Positions 23,148 through 34,151 of a stretch of 64,000 nucleotides of DNA are shown piece after piece (the first letter of the stretch is position 1; the number at the start of each line of letters is the position of its first letter). Origin of the DNA: Verrucomicrobiaceae bacterium (lineage in GTDB: Bacteria; Verrucomicrobiota; Verrucomicrobiia; Chthoniobacterales; JAATET01). The stretch lies in NCBI GenBank assembly GCA_027488755.1, contig JAIYAZ010000136.1:6146-70145 (forward strand), given 5' to 3'. Under the pieces are notes generated by a model that saw only the letters and a list, made by a program, of their open reading frames with translations, ran no database searches and was not told the origin of the DNA. The translations under genes were made by a program, and so were the position numbers.

Positions 23148-24035
23148 ATGGACCCCCAGACATCCGACCCCCATTCGGCGCCCGCCATCGGCGTAATCGG
23201 CGGAAGCGGCCTCTACGAAATCGACGGCTTTGAAGGCGCGCAGGACTTCGAGGTGGAGACGCCCTTCGGCGATCCCTCCGATGCGATTGTCGGCGGCACG
23301 CTGCACGGGCGGCGCGTTTACTTTTTGCCGCGGCACGGACGCGGCCACCGGCTCGCCCCGCATGAAATCAACCACCGCGCGAACATCTACGCGCTGCGGC
23401 GGCTGGGCGTGCGCTGGGTCATCTGCGTGACGGCCGTCGGGAGCCTGCAGGAGAGATACGCCCCGCGCGACATCGTGCTGCCGGCGCAGTTTTACGACCG
23501 CACGAGCAACCGGGCGAACCACACGTTTTTTGGCGGCGGCATTGTCGGGCACGTGAGTTTTGCCGACCCGATCAGCGACCGGCTGCGGACGCTGCTGGCG
23601 CAATCGTGCGCTGCGCTGCGCAAGCCGTATCATTCCGGCGGGACCTACGTGTGCATGGACGGGCCGGCGTTTTCCACACGGGCGGAGTCGGAGTCCTACC
23701 GCGCGCGCAATTACGACGTGATCGGCATGACGAATCTGCCCGAGGCCAAGCTGGCGCGGGAGGCCGAGATCGCCTTGGCGACGATGGCGATGGTCACGGA
23801 CTACGATTGCTGGAAGACGAACGAGGATCCGGTGACGGCCGAGTCGGTCGTTGCGCATTTGCTGGCCAACGCGGCCTCGGCGAAGGAAGTGCTCGCGCGG
23901 GTGATTCCCCGCATTCCCGAGACGCCCGACTGGCCGGAGCATCGGGTGCTGGACGACGCGATCATAACACCGCGGGAGCTCTGGCCGGCGGAAACGCTGG
24001 ACAAATTGCACGCGCTGCTGGAACGGTTCGCGTGA
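23148..24035 (+). CDS. mtnP: S-methyl-5'-thioadenosine phosphorylase
   Basis: 295 aa. IGVIGGSGLY, FLPRHGRGHRLAPHEINHRANIYAL, GMTNLPEAKLAREAEI. Confidence 0.9.
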   Translation: MDPQTSDPHSAPAIGVIGGSGLYEIDGFEGAQDFEVETPFGDPSDAIVGGTLHGRRVYFLPRHGRGHRLAPHEINHRANIYALRRLGVRWVICVTAVGSLQERYAPRDIVLPAQFYDRTSNRANHTFFGGGIVGHVSFADPISDRLRTLLAQSCAALRKPYHSGGTYVCMDGPAFSTRAESESYRARNYDVIGMTNLPEAKLAREAEIALATMAMVTDYDCWKTNEDPVTAESVVAHLLANAASAKEVLARVIPRIPETPDWPEHRVLDDAIITPRELWPAETLDKLHALLERFA

Positions 24036-24049
24036 TCTTTCCTTCCTTC

Positions 24050-24997
24050 ATGAGTGTCCGTTCCCTCACCCTTGCCGCGGCCGTTGGCATTCTCACGCTG
24101 GCGGGCTGCCAGTCGGTTCACACCCAGAACGCCGCTCCCACGCTGGATCAGCCAGTTTCCCTGACGCTCGCCCCGACGCCGGCCCCCAGCCCAGGCGCGA
24201 CGGCCAGCCCGGCCGCGAGCCCCTCGCCGAGCGTGGCGCCAAAGCCGGCGGCGGGACGCGTGACCTACAACTCCGTCACCGGCGTGGGCAAAACCGTCGC
24301 GATCACGTTTGACGACGGCCCCTCGCCCAAGCTCACGACCGAGCTGCTCGACATGCTGAAGGCGCGCGGGGTGAAGGCGACGTTCTACGTCGTCGGGCAG
24401 AACGCCGAGGCGCACCCGGAGATTCTTCGCCGCATGGTGGCGGAGGGACATGAGGTCGGGAACCATTCGTGGAATCACCCCGCTTTCACCAAGATTGGCG
24501 CCGCCGGGGTGACCAGCCAGGTCGAGCGCACGAATGCGGCGATTCGCGCGGCCATCGGCGAAAATCCCAAGACGCTGCGCCCGCCCTACGGTGCCACCAA
24601 CGCCAAGATCAGCCAGCGGCTGCACGATGAATACGGGCTGAAGATCATCATGTGGGACGTGGATCCGATGGATTGGAAATACCGCAACGCCGCGCGCGTG
24701 CAGAACGCGATCCTCACGCAGACGAAACCGGGCTCGATCATTCTCGTGCACGACATTCACCCGTCGTCGGTGGCGGCAATGCCCGGCACGCTTGATGCGC
24801 TGCTGGCCAGGGGCTACAAGTTTGTGACCGTCTCCGAGCTCATCGCGATGGAGGGCAGCGTGGCTCCCGCGCCCAGCGCGAGCCCGGCGGCGAGCGCGAC
24901 GGTGGCTCCGAGCCCGGTGGCGTCGGCGAGCCCGAGTGCGTCGCCGTTTGCGGTGGATCGCTACGAGGTGCCGCCCGCGGCCACGCCGAAGCCCTGA
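24050..24997 (+). CDS. polysaccharide deacetylase (NodB/CE4) lipoprotein
   Basis: 315 aa from the ATG at 24050. Lipobox LTLAGC, Pro/Ala/Ser linker, NodB blocks ITFDDGP, HEVGNHSWNH, LRPPYG, IILVHD. Confidence 0.85.
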   Translation: MSVRSLTLAAAVGILTLAGCQSVHTQNAAPTLDQPVSLTLAPTPAPSPGATASPAASPSPSVAPKPAAGRVTYNSVTGVGKTVAITFDDGPSPKLTTELLDMLKARGVKATFYVVGQNAEAHPEILRRMVAEGHEVGNHSWNHPAFTKIGAAGVTSQVERTNAAIRAAIGENPKTLRPPYGATNAKISQRLHDEYGLKIIMWDVDPMDWKYRNAARVQNAILTQTKPGSIILVHDIHPSSVAAMPGTLDALLARGYKFVTVSELIAMEGSVAPAPSASPAASATVAPSPVASASPSASPFAVDRYEVPPAATPKP

Positions 24998-25010
24998 GCG
25001 GGCGTTCGGG

Positions 25011-25844
25011 CTAAAGCGCGGGCAGGGCGTCGCGGTAGGCCGGGAAGGCCGGCTGCCAACCGAGGGCGCGCAGGCGGGCGTTGTTTACGCATTTGCTGGT
25101 CCAGCCGCGTTTGCGCTGGAGGTCGGCCGGGCCTTCCGGCGGGAGTGGCGCGCCGAGAAACGCGGCGATCCAGCCGTAAACCTCGCGCTGCGTGGCGGGG
25201 GTGTTGTCCGCCACGTTGTAGATCGCGCCGGCGGTGCCGCGTGCGATGACGGCGGCGAGGGCGGTGACGGCGTCGTCGCGGTGGATCTGGTTGATCCAGC
25301 GGTGGCCCCCCGCTTCAAGGACGGCGGTGCCTTCTCGAAATTTCCGCAGCAGCACGGAGCGGGCCGGGCCGTAGATGCCGGCGAGGCGCAGGACGTTGCC
25401 GCCGGCGGCGAGGGTGATTTCCTCGGCGGCGAGGAGGCGGCGGCCGGTGTCGCGGTCGGGTTCCGCCGGGGAATCCTCGTCGACCCATTGACCGTCCGTC
25501 TGGCCGTAGACCGAGGTGCTGCCGGTGAAGAGGAGGCGGGTGCCGGGAAAGGCGTGGAGCAGGTGGCGGCAGCCGCCGACATAGACCTGCTCGTAGGCCT
25601 CGACGCCGCCGCGGCCGGAGCTGGCGCAGTGGAGCACGACGTCGAAGGTCCCGAGGGCGCGGGCGGTTGCGGAGAGGTCGGCCGCGAGATCCGCGGCGAG
25701 CACCGGGTAGGGTTTGGCGGCGGTGAGCCGGGCGGCGGATTCCGGCGAGGCGGTGAGCCCGGCGACGTGCCAGCCGCGGGCGGAAAAAAAGTCGGCTGCG
25801 GCCTCCCCAAGGAAACCGCAGCCGGCAATCAAAAGACGGGGCAC
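25011..25844 (-). CDS. NAD(P)-dependent epimerase/dehydratase-family (extended SDR) protein
   Basis: 277 aa. N-terminal Rossmann motif LIAGCGFLG. Substrate unknown. Confidence 0.75.
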   Translation of the reverse strand: MPRLLIAGCGFLGEAAADFFSARGWHVAGLTASPESAARLTAAKPYPVLAADLAADLSATARALGTFDVVLHCASSGRGGVEAYEQVYVGGCRHLLHAFPGTRLLFTGSTSVYGQTDGQWVDEDSPAEPDRDTGRRLLAAEEITLAAGGNVLRLAGIYGPARSVLLRKFREGTAVLEAGGHRWINQIHRDDAVTALAAVIARGTAGAIYNVADNTPATQREVYGWIAAFLGAPLPPEGPADLQRKRGWTSKCVNNARLRALGWQPAFPAYRDALPAL

Positions 25845-25886
25845 GGAAGGTGACTCCGGCGTTCGTCCAAGGCGCAGAGGGCCGCC

Positions 25887-26084
25887 TTAGTTGAGGTTGA
25901 AGCGCTGCTTCATCTTCGCGCGCTTGGCGTTGGCTTTCGCTTTGCGGCGGGACTTCTGCGTCGGAGTTTCGAAGGCGCGCAGACGGCGGACTTCGTCCAT
26001 GATTCCTTCGGAGTCCATCTTGCCTTTGAGGCGCTTGAGGGCGCGGTCGATGGGTTCTCCTTTACGAACGATGACTTCGGGCAT
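25887..26084 (-). CDS. rpsU: 30S ribosomal protein S21
   Basis: 65 aa. MPEVIVRKGEPIDRALKRLKGKMDSEGIMDEVRRLRAFETPTQKSRRK. Confidence 0.95.
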   Translation of the reverse strand: MPEVIVRKGEPIDRALKRLKGKMDSEGIMDEVRRLRAFETPTQKSRRKAKANAKRAKMKQRFNLN

Positions 26085-26190
26085 GGTTTATTTCACCTAC
26101 TTTCTTCCGTCGCCATTTTTGGGGACGGGTTTGAAAGCATGCCAAACCGGGCCAACGCGTGGCAAGCCAATTGTCGGGGGGGCGGGGTGG

Positions 26191-27222
26191 TTAGGCCGGG
26201 TCGGGGATGAGGTCCACGGTGCCGGTCGGTTCGAGGGGGACGGACTGCGGGGGGATGGTGTCGCCGAGGAGATCGAGGCGCATGCCGGGGCCTTCGGCGG
26301 CGAGGCTGAGGCGCGGGGGCGCGGAGCCGGGGAAGGCGGGCGTGAGCGCGGGGGCGGAAAGGAGGACGGAATCGGTGGAGCGCCAGCGCACGTGGCCGTC
26401 AGGTTCCTCGACAAAGGTGCCGGGCAGGCGGAGGTGGGTTTCGCCGTTGTCGGCGACGGTCAGCACGACGACGCCGCGGCCGGTGGCGTCGGGGGCGCGG
26501 GTGACGACGAGGCGGAGCGCGCGGCCGTCGGGCAGGCGGCCGGTGAAGGTGCGGGCGGGGCGGAGCTGCTCGAGGAGGCGGCTGCGATCCTGGCGGGCGC
26601 GTTCGCGGCGGGCCTCGAGGTAACGGGTGCGCTCGGCGGAGAGGCGGCGGAGGACGTCCTGCGTGGCCGCGAAGCGGGCGGTGACGCGGGCGTCGGTGGT
26701 GAGCGGGACGGCGGGGCCGGGATCGGGGTTGCCGGGGGCGGTAACGTCGAAGGTGGCGGCGCGGACGGTCCAGGGTCCGCCGCTGCGGGTGAGCTGGAGG
26801 CTGGCGAGGCCCTCGAATCCCGCGCCGGCCGGGGTGACGATGCGTTTGACGGGAAACGGCGCGCGGGCGGCGGCGATTTCCTCGAGCAGGTGGCTGCGGA
26901 GGGGGTGGTCGGGCGGCAGGGAGCCGAGGGCCCAGCCGCGGAGTTCGGCGAGGGCGGGTTCGAGCGCTTGGCCGGCGGGGAGCATGGAGCCGTCGAAGGT
27001 TTCGAAGGTGGGCTCGACGCGGCGCAGGCGCAGGCGGACGAGGGCTTCGGCGGAGGTGTCGGTGACCGCGGTGAAGGGAATCGTGTCCGGCAGGGACACG
27101 ATGGCGAAGCCGGCGGGCGGGTGGGTGCGAAGGTGCTCGCGGGCGACGTTGCGCCTGGCGTCGGAGCAGGCCGCGAGGGCGGCGGCCGTGAGCAGAAGCA
27201 GGAGGAACCTCGCGCGAGGCAT
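26191..27222 (-). CDS. hypothetical lipoprotein
   Basis: 343 aa. Signal plus lipobox LLLLTAAALAACS. No recognisable domain. Starts 10 bp after the helicase stop; GC3-rich codons. Confidence 0.6.
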   Translation of the reverse strand: MPRARFLLLLLTAAALAACSDARRNVAREHLRTHPPAGFAIVSLPDTIPFTAVTDTSAEALVRLRLRRVEPTFETFDGSMLPAGQALEPALAELRGWALGSLPPDHPLRSHLLEEIAAARAPFPVKRIVTPAGAGFEGLASLQLTRSGGPWTVRAATFDVTAPGNPDPGPAVPLTTDARVTARFAATQDVLRRLSAERTRYLEARRERARQDRSRLLEQLRPARTFTGRLPDGRALRLVVTRAPDATGRGVVVLTVADNGETHLRLPGTFVEEPDGHVRWRSTDSVLLSAPALTPAFPGSAPPRLSLAAEGPGMRLDLLGDTIPPQSVPLEPTGTVDLIPDPA

Positions 27223-27232
27223 GGGGCGGGCG

Positions 27233-28897
<1,665 letters not shown>

Positions 28898-28963
28898 GGG
28901 CGGACGGTAGCGTCCACCGGGAAGGGTGGCCACGAATATCCGCGGCTAGTTGCAGCGGAGGAG

Positions 28964-29002
28964 CCCCTCGCGTGCGGCAGGAGGATGGGCGCGCGCGAGG
29001 GG
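28964..29002. other. 9-bp GC stem-loop (CCCCTCGCG-N21-CGCGAGGGG) between the pyk stop and the helicase start
   Basis: Read directly. No trailing U-tract on the minus strand, so it is either a weak terminator or part of the helicase 5' leader. Confidence 0.35.
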
Positions 29003-29014
29003 GGAGGAGATCAA

Positions 29015-30421
29015 CTACTCGACGACGCGGAGGTGGATGGAGTCGAAGCGGCTTTCGCCGGCGAGGATGTCGCTGACGACGATGAGGCGGTCGCCGGGGG
29101 CGGCGAGGCCCTGTTCCTTGAGATACTTTTCGGCGTCGGCGACGGTGTGTTCGGGCCGGACGCTGAAGGGCATCTTGATGGCGTAGGTGCCCCAGTTGAG
29201 GGCGAGGCGGCGGACGACGTCCTCGGAGGGGGCGAAGGCGAAGATGGGCGCGTGGAGGGGGCGGAGCTGGCTGGTGTAGTCGGCCATGATGCCGCGCCGG
29301 GTGAAGACGACGAGTTTGCTGTTGTCGAAGGAGTTGGCGAGGACGACGGCGGATTTGACGGTCTTCTGGCGCGGGTCGGTGATTTGGGCGTCGGCGGCGT
29401 AACCGGCTCCACCGCTGTGTTCGATGCGTTTGGCGACGCGGTCGAAGATTTCCACGCATTTGACGGGGTATTTGCCGACGGTGGTTTCGCCGCTGAGCAT
29501 GATGGCGTCGGCTTGTTCAAAGACGGCGTTGGCGATGTCGGTGATTTCCGCGCGGGTGGGGAGCGGGTTTTCGATCATCGATTCGAGCATGTGCGTGGCG
29601 ACGATGACGGGGCGACCGATGGCCATGCAGTGCTTGATGATGCGGCGCTGGATGATGGGGAGCTCCTCCATGGGGCATTCGACGCCGAGGTCGCCGCGGG
29701 CGATCATGATGATGTCGGAGGACTCGATGATGCCGTCGATGACTTTGACGGCGTGCTGGTCTTCGATTTTGGCGATGACGCGGGCGTCGCTGCCCTGTTC
29801 GCGGAGGACGCGCTTGAGCTCAAGGATGTCGGCGGCTTCGCGGCAGAAGCTGAGGGCGAAGAAGTCGCAGCCGGCTTCGACGCCGACGGCGATGTCGGCG
29901 AGGTCCTTGGCGGTGAGGGGGGGGAGGTTGACCTTGACGCCGGGGAGGTTGATGTGGCGGCGGGAGCCGAGGAGGCCGGGGGTGAGGACTTCGCAGCGGA
30001 TTTTGTGGTCCTGCTTGGCGAGGACCTTCATGTGCATGACGCCGTTGTCGACGAGGACGGTGTCGCCGATGCCGATGTCGTTGATGAGGCCGTCGTAGTT
30101 GACGTCGACGGAGTAGAGTTCCTCGCTGCGGGCGCCGCGGACGGTGAATTCGAGGATGTCGCCGGCCTTGAGGTCGAGTTTGGTGGCGAGGTCACCGGTG
30201 CGGATGGCGGGTCCCTGGGTGTCCATGAGGATGCCGGTGGGGGTGCCGAGGTCGGCGGCGACCTTGCGGATGGTGCGGCTGATGGCGCGGACCCAGTCGT
30301 GGTTGGCGTGGCTCATGTTGAGCCGGAAGACGTTCACGCCCGCCTGGATGAGTTCTTTCAGTTTCTCGGGCGACTCGGTGGCCGGGCCCAACGTGGCGAT
30401 GATCTTGGTTTTGCGAAGCAT
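29015..30421 (-). CDS. pyk: pyruvate kinase
   Basis: 468 aa from the ATG at 30421. MLRKTKIIATLGPAT, NVFRLNMSHA, MIARGDLGVE, VIVATHMLESM. Confidence 0.95.
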   Translation of the reverse strand: MLRKTKIIATLGPATESPEKLKELIQAGVNVFRLNMSHANHDWVRAISRTIRKVAADLGTPTGILMDTQGPAIRTGDLATKLDLKAGDILEFTVRGARSEELYSVDVNYDGLINDIGIGDTVLVDNGVMHMKVLAKQDHKIRCEVLTPGLLGSRRHINLPGVKVNLPPLTAKDLADIAVGVEAGCDFFALSFCREAADILELKRVLREQGSDARVIAKIEDQHAVKVIDGIIESSDIIMIARGDLGVECPMEELPIIQRRIIKHCMAIGRPVIVATHMLESMIENPLPTRAEITDIANAVFEQADAIMLSGETTVGKYPVKCVEIFDRVAKRIEHSGGAGYAADAQITDPRQKTVKSAVVLANSFDNSKLVVFTRRGIMADYTSQLRPLHAPIFAFAPSEDVVRRLALNWGTYAIKMPFSVRPEHTVADAEKYLKEQGLAAPGDRLIVVSDILAGESRFDSIHLRVVE

Positions 30422-30500
30422 TTTTTCCACGCCCCAGAAATCTGAAAGCGCGTGGAAATGCAAGCCGGGCGGGGTGAAATGCGCGCGACGCGGGGGAGGG

Positions 30501-31463
30501 TCAGGCTTTTTTGCGGCCCCGGGTGAACCAGATCGAGAGGAAGAACATGAGGAGGAGGAGGGTGCCGAGGGCGGCGCCGAAGGGGGGATTGCGGGCGGAG
30601 GTGAATTGTTTCTGGATGACTTCGCCGATGGTGGGGTTGCCGCCGCCGCCCATGAGGGAGGTGATGGCGAACATGGCGATGGAGGGGACAAAAACGAGGA
30701 GGGCGCCGGCGGCGATGCCGGGGCGGGTGAGGGGGATGATGACGTTGGAGAACGCGCGGATGGGGCCGGCGCCGAGGTCGTGGGCGGCTTCGACGAGGGC
30801 GTTGTCGAGTTTCTCCACGCTGGTGTAGATCGGGAGAATCATGAAGGGGAGGTAGTTGTAGACGAGGCCGAGGACGACGGCGAAGGGGGTATACATCATC
30901 ACGAGGGGTTCCTGGATGAGGCCGAGGGAGAGGAGGGAGGCGTTGAGGAAGCCGTCGCGGCTGAGGATGGTGATCCAGGCGTAGGTGCGGATGAGGAAGC
31001 TGGTCCAGAAGGGGATCATGACGAGGGTCATGAGGAGGTTTCGGTAGCGCTCGGGGGCGCGGCCGATGAACCAGGCGGCGGGGAAGCCGACGATCATGCA
31101 GATGATCGTGGTGAGGAAGGCATACCAGACGGAGTTGAGAAAAATCCGAAACCAACTGAGGGCGAAATAGGTTTCGACGAGGCCCTGCCAGCCTTTGGTG
31201 GCGATGGCGTGGGGGAGGTTTTTGAGGACGGGCCAGTCGAGGGCGCGGACGTAATTGTCCCAGGAGAAGGTGAGGATGACGCGGCCGAGGGTGTCGCGTT
31301 CGGCGAAGCTGTAGACGATGAGGAGGATGGTGGGGGCGACGACGAAGAGGATGAGCCAGAGCAGGAGGGGGGCGAGGAAAAGCCACGCCCCCCAGCCTGG
31401 TCGGCGCTCGAAGCTGGACGCGCCCGTGGGGGCGGGCGCGGCGGTTGAGAGTTGGGAGTTGAT
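30501..31463 (-). CDS. potB: spermidine/putrescine-type ABC transporter permease (PotB-like); start codon unresolved
   Basis: The canonical-start ORF is only 30501..31097 (198 aa). The same frame stays open to the potD stop (31491) and encodes PotB-like N-terminal TM segments (WLFLAPLLLWLILFVVAPTILLIVYSF...FTFSWDNYV). There is no in-frame ATG/GTG/TTG there. The 5' end given is the in-frame ATC and is only a placeholder. Confidence 0.7.
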   Translation of the reverse strand: MNSQLSTAAPAPTGASSFERRPGWGAWLFLAPLLLWLILFVVAPTILLIVYSFAERDTLGRVILTFSWDNYVRALDWPVLKNLPHAIATKGWQGLVETYFALSWFRIFLNSVWYAFLTTIICMIVGFPAAWFIGRAPERYRNLLMTLVMIPFWTSFLIRTYAWITILSRDGFLNASLLSLGLIQEPLVMMYTPFAVVLGLVYNYLPFMILPIYTSVEKLDNALVEAAHDLGAGPIRAFSNVIIPLTRPGIAAGALLVFVPSIAMFAITSLMGGGGNPTIGEVIQKQFTSARNPPFGAALGTLLLLMFFLSIWFTRGRKKA

Positions 31464-31490
31464 GGACGGAGGGGCGCGGGGCCCGGGCGG

Positions 31491-32663
31491 TTATTGGACC
31501 TTGAGGGTGGTGATGAGGTCGTCGACCTTGGCGGCCTGGGGGCCGATGTCCCGGAAGGTTTCGAGTTTCGTCATTTCCTCGGCGGTGGGGAAGCTGGCGA
31601 CGTTCGCGAGCTGCTCGGGGGTGAGGAGTTTGCGGGCTTCGGCGTTGGGGTTGAGGTAGGGGAAGTCGTCGGAGATGAGGGTGGAGATCTTCGGCCGGAG
31701 GATGAAGTTCATGAAGAGCTGCGCGTTTTTGGGGTGTTTGGCGCCCTTGGGCACGGCGAGGCTGTCGACGAAGAGGTGGGTGCCCTCAGAGGGGAGGACC
31801 CATTTGAATTTCTTGTCCTGGTTGAGGAGGATGGCGCCTTCGCCGCTCCAGACGACGCCGAGGGAGACGTCGCCGTTGAGGAGGGCGGTCTTCGGGCTGT
31901 CGGAGTCGTAGACCTTCACGAGGGGGAGCCATTTGGCGATGACGGGTTTGGCCTTGGCGAGGTTTTCGTCGGAGACTTCGTTGACGGGGATGCCGAGGGT
32001 GGCGAGGCTCCAGCTGGTGATCTCGCGGGCGTCGTCGAGGACGACGATCTGGCCCTTGTTTTTGTCCTGGAAGACGTCGCCGAAGCCCTTGATTTCGTCG
32101 GTGACGAGCTCGGTGTTCACGACGATGCCGACGGTGCCGGCCATCCAGGGGACGGAGTATTTGTTGCCCGGGTCGAAGGCGAGGTTGCGGAACTCGGGGG
32201 CGAGGTTTTTGAGGTTCGGGATGAGGGCGGGGTCGAGCTCGAGGAGCTGGCCGTCCTTGATGAGGGCCTCGATGATGTATTCGCTGGGCTGAATGAGGTC
32301 GTATTTCCCGCCGCCGGAGAGGAGCTTGGCGAGCATCTCTTCGTTGGAGGCGTAGTTCTCGACGTTGACCTTGATGCCGGTCTGTTTGGTGAAGCGGTCG
32401 ATGACGGATTGCGGGACGTATTCGGACCAGCAGAAGAGGTTGAGCTCCTTGGGTTCGCCGGTGTCGAAGCGGTCCTCGGCGTCCTCCGCGGTGGCGGGGG
32501 CGGCGGAGGTGTCGGCGGGGCTGGCGGCGGCGGCCGGGGTGGGGCTGGCGGCGGCGGGTTTGGGCGCTTCGGGGGCGGCGGGTTTGCCGCAGCCGGAGAG
32601 CAGGAGGGTGAGGGCCGCGAGGGCTCCCAGGGGAGCGGCGAGCAGGGTGCGTGGGGTTTTCAT
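31491..32663 (-). CDS. potD: polyamine (spermidine/putrescine)-type ABC transporter substrate-binding lipoprotein
   Basis: 390 aa. Lipobox LLLSGCG, Ala/Pro linker, PotD/PotF-like body (LNLFCWSEYVPQSVIDRFTKQTGIKV...). Confidence 0.85.
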   Translation of the reverse strand: MKTPRTLLAAPLGALAALTLLLSGCGKPAAPEAPKPAAASPTPAAAASPADTSAAPATAEDAEDRFDTGEPKELNLFCWSEYVPQSVIDRFTKQTGIKVNVENYASNEEMLAKLLSGGGKYDLIQPSEYIIEALIKDGQLLELDPALIPNLKNLAPEFRNLAFDPGNKYSVPWMAGTVGIVVNTELVTDEIKGFGDVFQDKNKGQIVVLDDAREITSWSLATLGIPVNEVSDENLAKAKPVIAKWLPLVKVYDSDSPKTALLNGDVSLGVVWSGEGAILLNQDKKFKWVLPSEGTHLFVDSLAVPKGAKHPKNAQLFMNFILRPKISTLISDDFPYLNPNAEARKLLTPEQLANVASFPTAEEMTKLETFRDIGPQAAKVDDLITTLKVQ

Positions 32664-33508
32664 GAGGCGGATTTTCGTTTTTGGATGAGTTGACTGGCGA
32701 GAACGAGAAGCAGGGTGCCTGCCACAAAGAGGGTGCTGAGGGCGTTTAATTCGGGGCTGAGGCCTTTTTTAGCCATGCCGTAGACCTTGAGGGGGAGGGT
32801 TTGCGAGCCGGCGTCGGTGAGGAAGATGCTGACGATGTATTCGTCGAAGGAGAGGGTGAAGGACATGAGCGCGCCGGAGATGATGGCGGGCATGAGGTAG
32901 GGGACGATGACTTTCCAGAAGGCCTGGACGGGGGTGGCGCCGAGGTCCATGGCGGCTTCTTCGAGAAAGGGGTCGATGCCTTCGAGGCGGGCCTGCACAC
33001 CGACGAGGACGAAGGGGAAGCAGAAGGTCGTGTGGGCGATGATCATCGCGACGTAACCGAGCTCGATGCCGAGCTGGACGAAGAGGGACATGAGGCTGAC
33101 GCCCATGAGGACCTCGGGCATGACCATGGGGATGAAGATGAGCAAGCCGAGGGTCCGGCGGGCGGGGAAGCGGTAGCGGAACATGAGCCACGCGCCGATG
33201 GTGCCGAGGGTGGTGGCGAGGACGGTGGTGAAGCCGGCGACGATGAGGCTGTTGTGGAAGGCGCGAAGGAGGACCTCGTTGTTAAAGAGGACGCCATACC
33301 AGTGGGTGGTGAAGCCGGTCCAGCGGATGCCGAGTTTCGATTCGTTGAACGAAAAGACGATCAGAAGGATGATCGGGATGTAGAGGAAGGCGAAGACGAG
33401 AAACGTCCACCCGCCGAAGAGCCAGCGTTGGACGGTCGTGCCCGGTGGCTTGCGCCATCGGCTGCGTGTGCCCGGAATCTCCGCCACTGCTTCCGCCATT
33501 GCTTGCAC
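32660..33508 (-). CDS. potC: spermidine/putrescine-type ABC transporter permease (PotC-like)
   Basis: 282 aa. 6-TM permease with the EAA-type loop LEEAAMDLGATPVQAFWKVIVP. Stop overlaps the potD start. Confidence 0.85.
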   Translation of the reverse strand: MQAMAEAVAEIPGTRSRWRKPPGTTVQRWLFGGWTFLVFAFLYIPIILLIVFSFNESKLGIRWTGFTTHWYGVLFNNEVLLRAFHNSLIVAGFTTVLATTLGTIGAWLMFRYRFPARRTLGLLIFIPMVMPEVLMGVSLMSLFVQLGIELGYVAMIIAHTTFCFPFVLVGVQARLEGIDPFLEEAAMDLGATPVQAFWKVIVPYLMPAIISGALMSFTLSFDEYIVSIFLTDAGSQTLPLKVYGMAKKGLSPELNALSTLFVAGTLLLVLASQLIQKRKSAS

Positions 33509-33550
33509 CGTAAGCCGGGTGGGGCGGCGGCGTCGAGAGGGAATGCGGGG

Positions 33551-34141
33551 CTAGGGGCCGGGGCGGGGCCGCCATTGGTTGGCGGGTTGGTTGAGGGCGG
33601 CAAGGCGGGCGGTCTCGGCGAGGCGGCGGGCGCGGGTTTCGGGGCGTTTGGCCTGGGCGATCCATTCGAGGATGCCGCGGCGCTGGGATCGGGGGAAGGC
33701 GTCGAAGCAGGCGCGGGCGGGTGGCTGCTGGTCGAGGGCGGCGGCGAGGTCGGCGGGGAGGGTGAGGGTTTCGACGGCGTCGAGTTTGGTCCAGGAGCCG
33801 TCGCGTTGGGCGGCGGTGATTTTGGCCTCGCCGGCGGGGTGCATGAGGCCGGCGGCGTGGAGGCGGGTGATGCGTTCCTTGTTGACCCGGGACCAGCCGC
33901 TGCGGGGTTTGCGGGGGGCGAACCAGAGCATGGTGCGGTCGACGTCGAGCTTGCGGGGCAGGCTGTCGATCCAGCCGAAGCAGAGGGCTTCCTCGACGGC
34001 TTCGGCGGCGGGAAGGTGGAGGGGGCCGGCGGCGCGTTTGTAGGTGATGAGCCAGATGCCCTCGGGCCTGGTGTGGTGGAGGGTGAGCCAGGAGCGCCAC
34101 TCGGCGCGCGAGCGGACTTCGAGGGAGTTGGGCGGGATCAG
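33551..34141 (-). CDS. YdeI/OmpD-associated-family protein; start codon unresolved
   Basis: Homology-like region begins at ...LEVRSRAEWRSWLTLHHTRPEGIWLITYKR...EALCFGWIDS, immediately after the OsmC stop. The first in-frame ATG/GTG/TTG is at 33931. The 5' end given is the in-frame CTG and is a placeholder. Confidence 0.55.
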   Translation of the reverse strand: MIPPNSLEVRSRAEWRSWLTLHHTRPEGIWLITYKRAAGPLHLPAAEAVEEALCFGWIDSLPRKLDVDRTMLWFAPRKPRSGWSRVNKERITRLHAAGLMHPAGEAKITAAQRDGSWTKLDAVETLTLPADLAAALDQQPPARACFDAFPRSQRRGILEWIAQAKRPETRARRLAETARLAALNQPANQWRPRPGP

Positions 34142-34151
34142 GGCGGCGGGG

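Noticed and set aside
30358-31386. 342-aa minus-strand ORF (MAFPRPPPALAH...) overlapping potB in another frame, which might have supplied the missing start
   Set aside because: It is Pro/Arg/His-rich off-frame sequence with no membrane segments. The PotB-like frame is the one with homology and hydrophobic periodicity.
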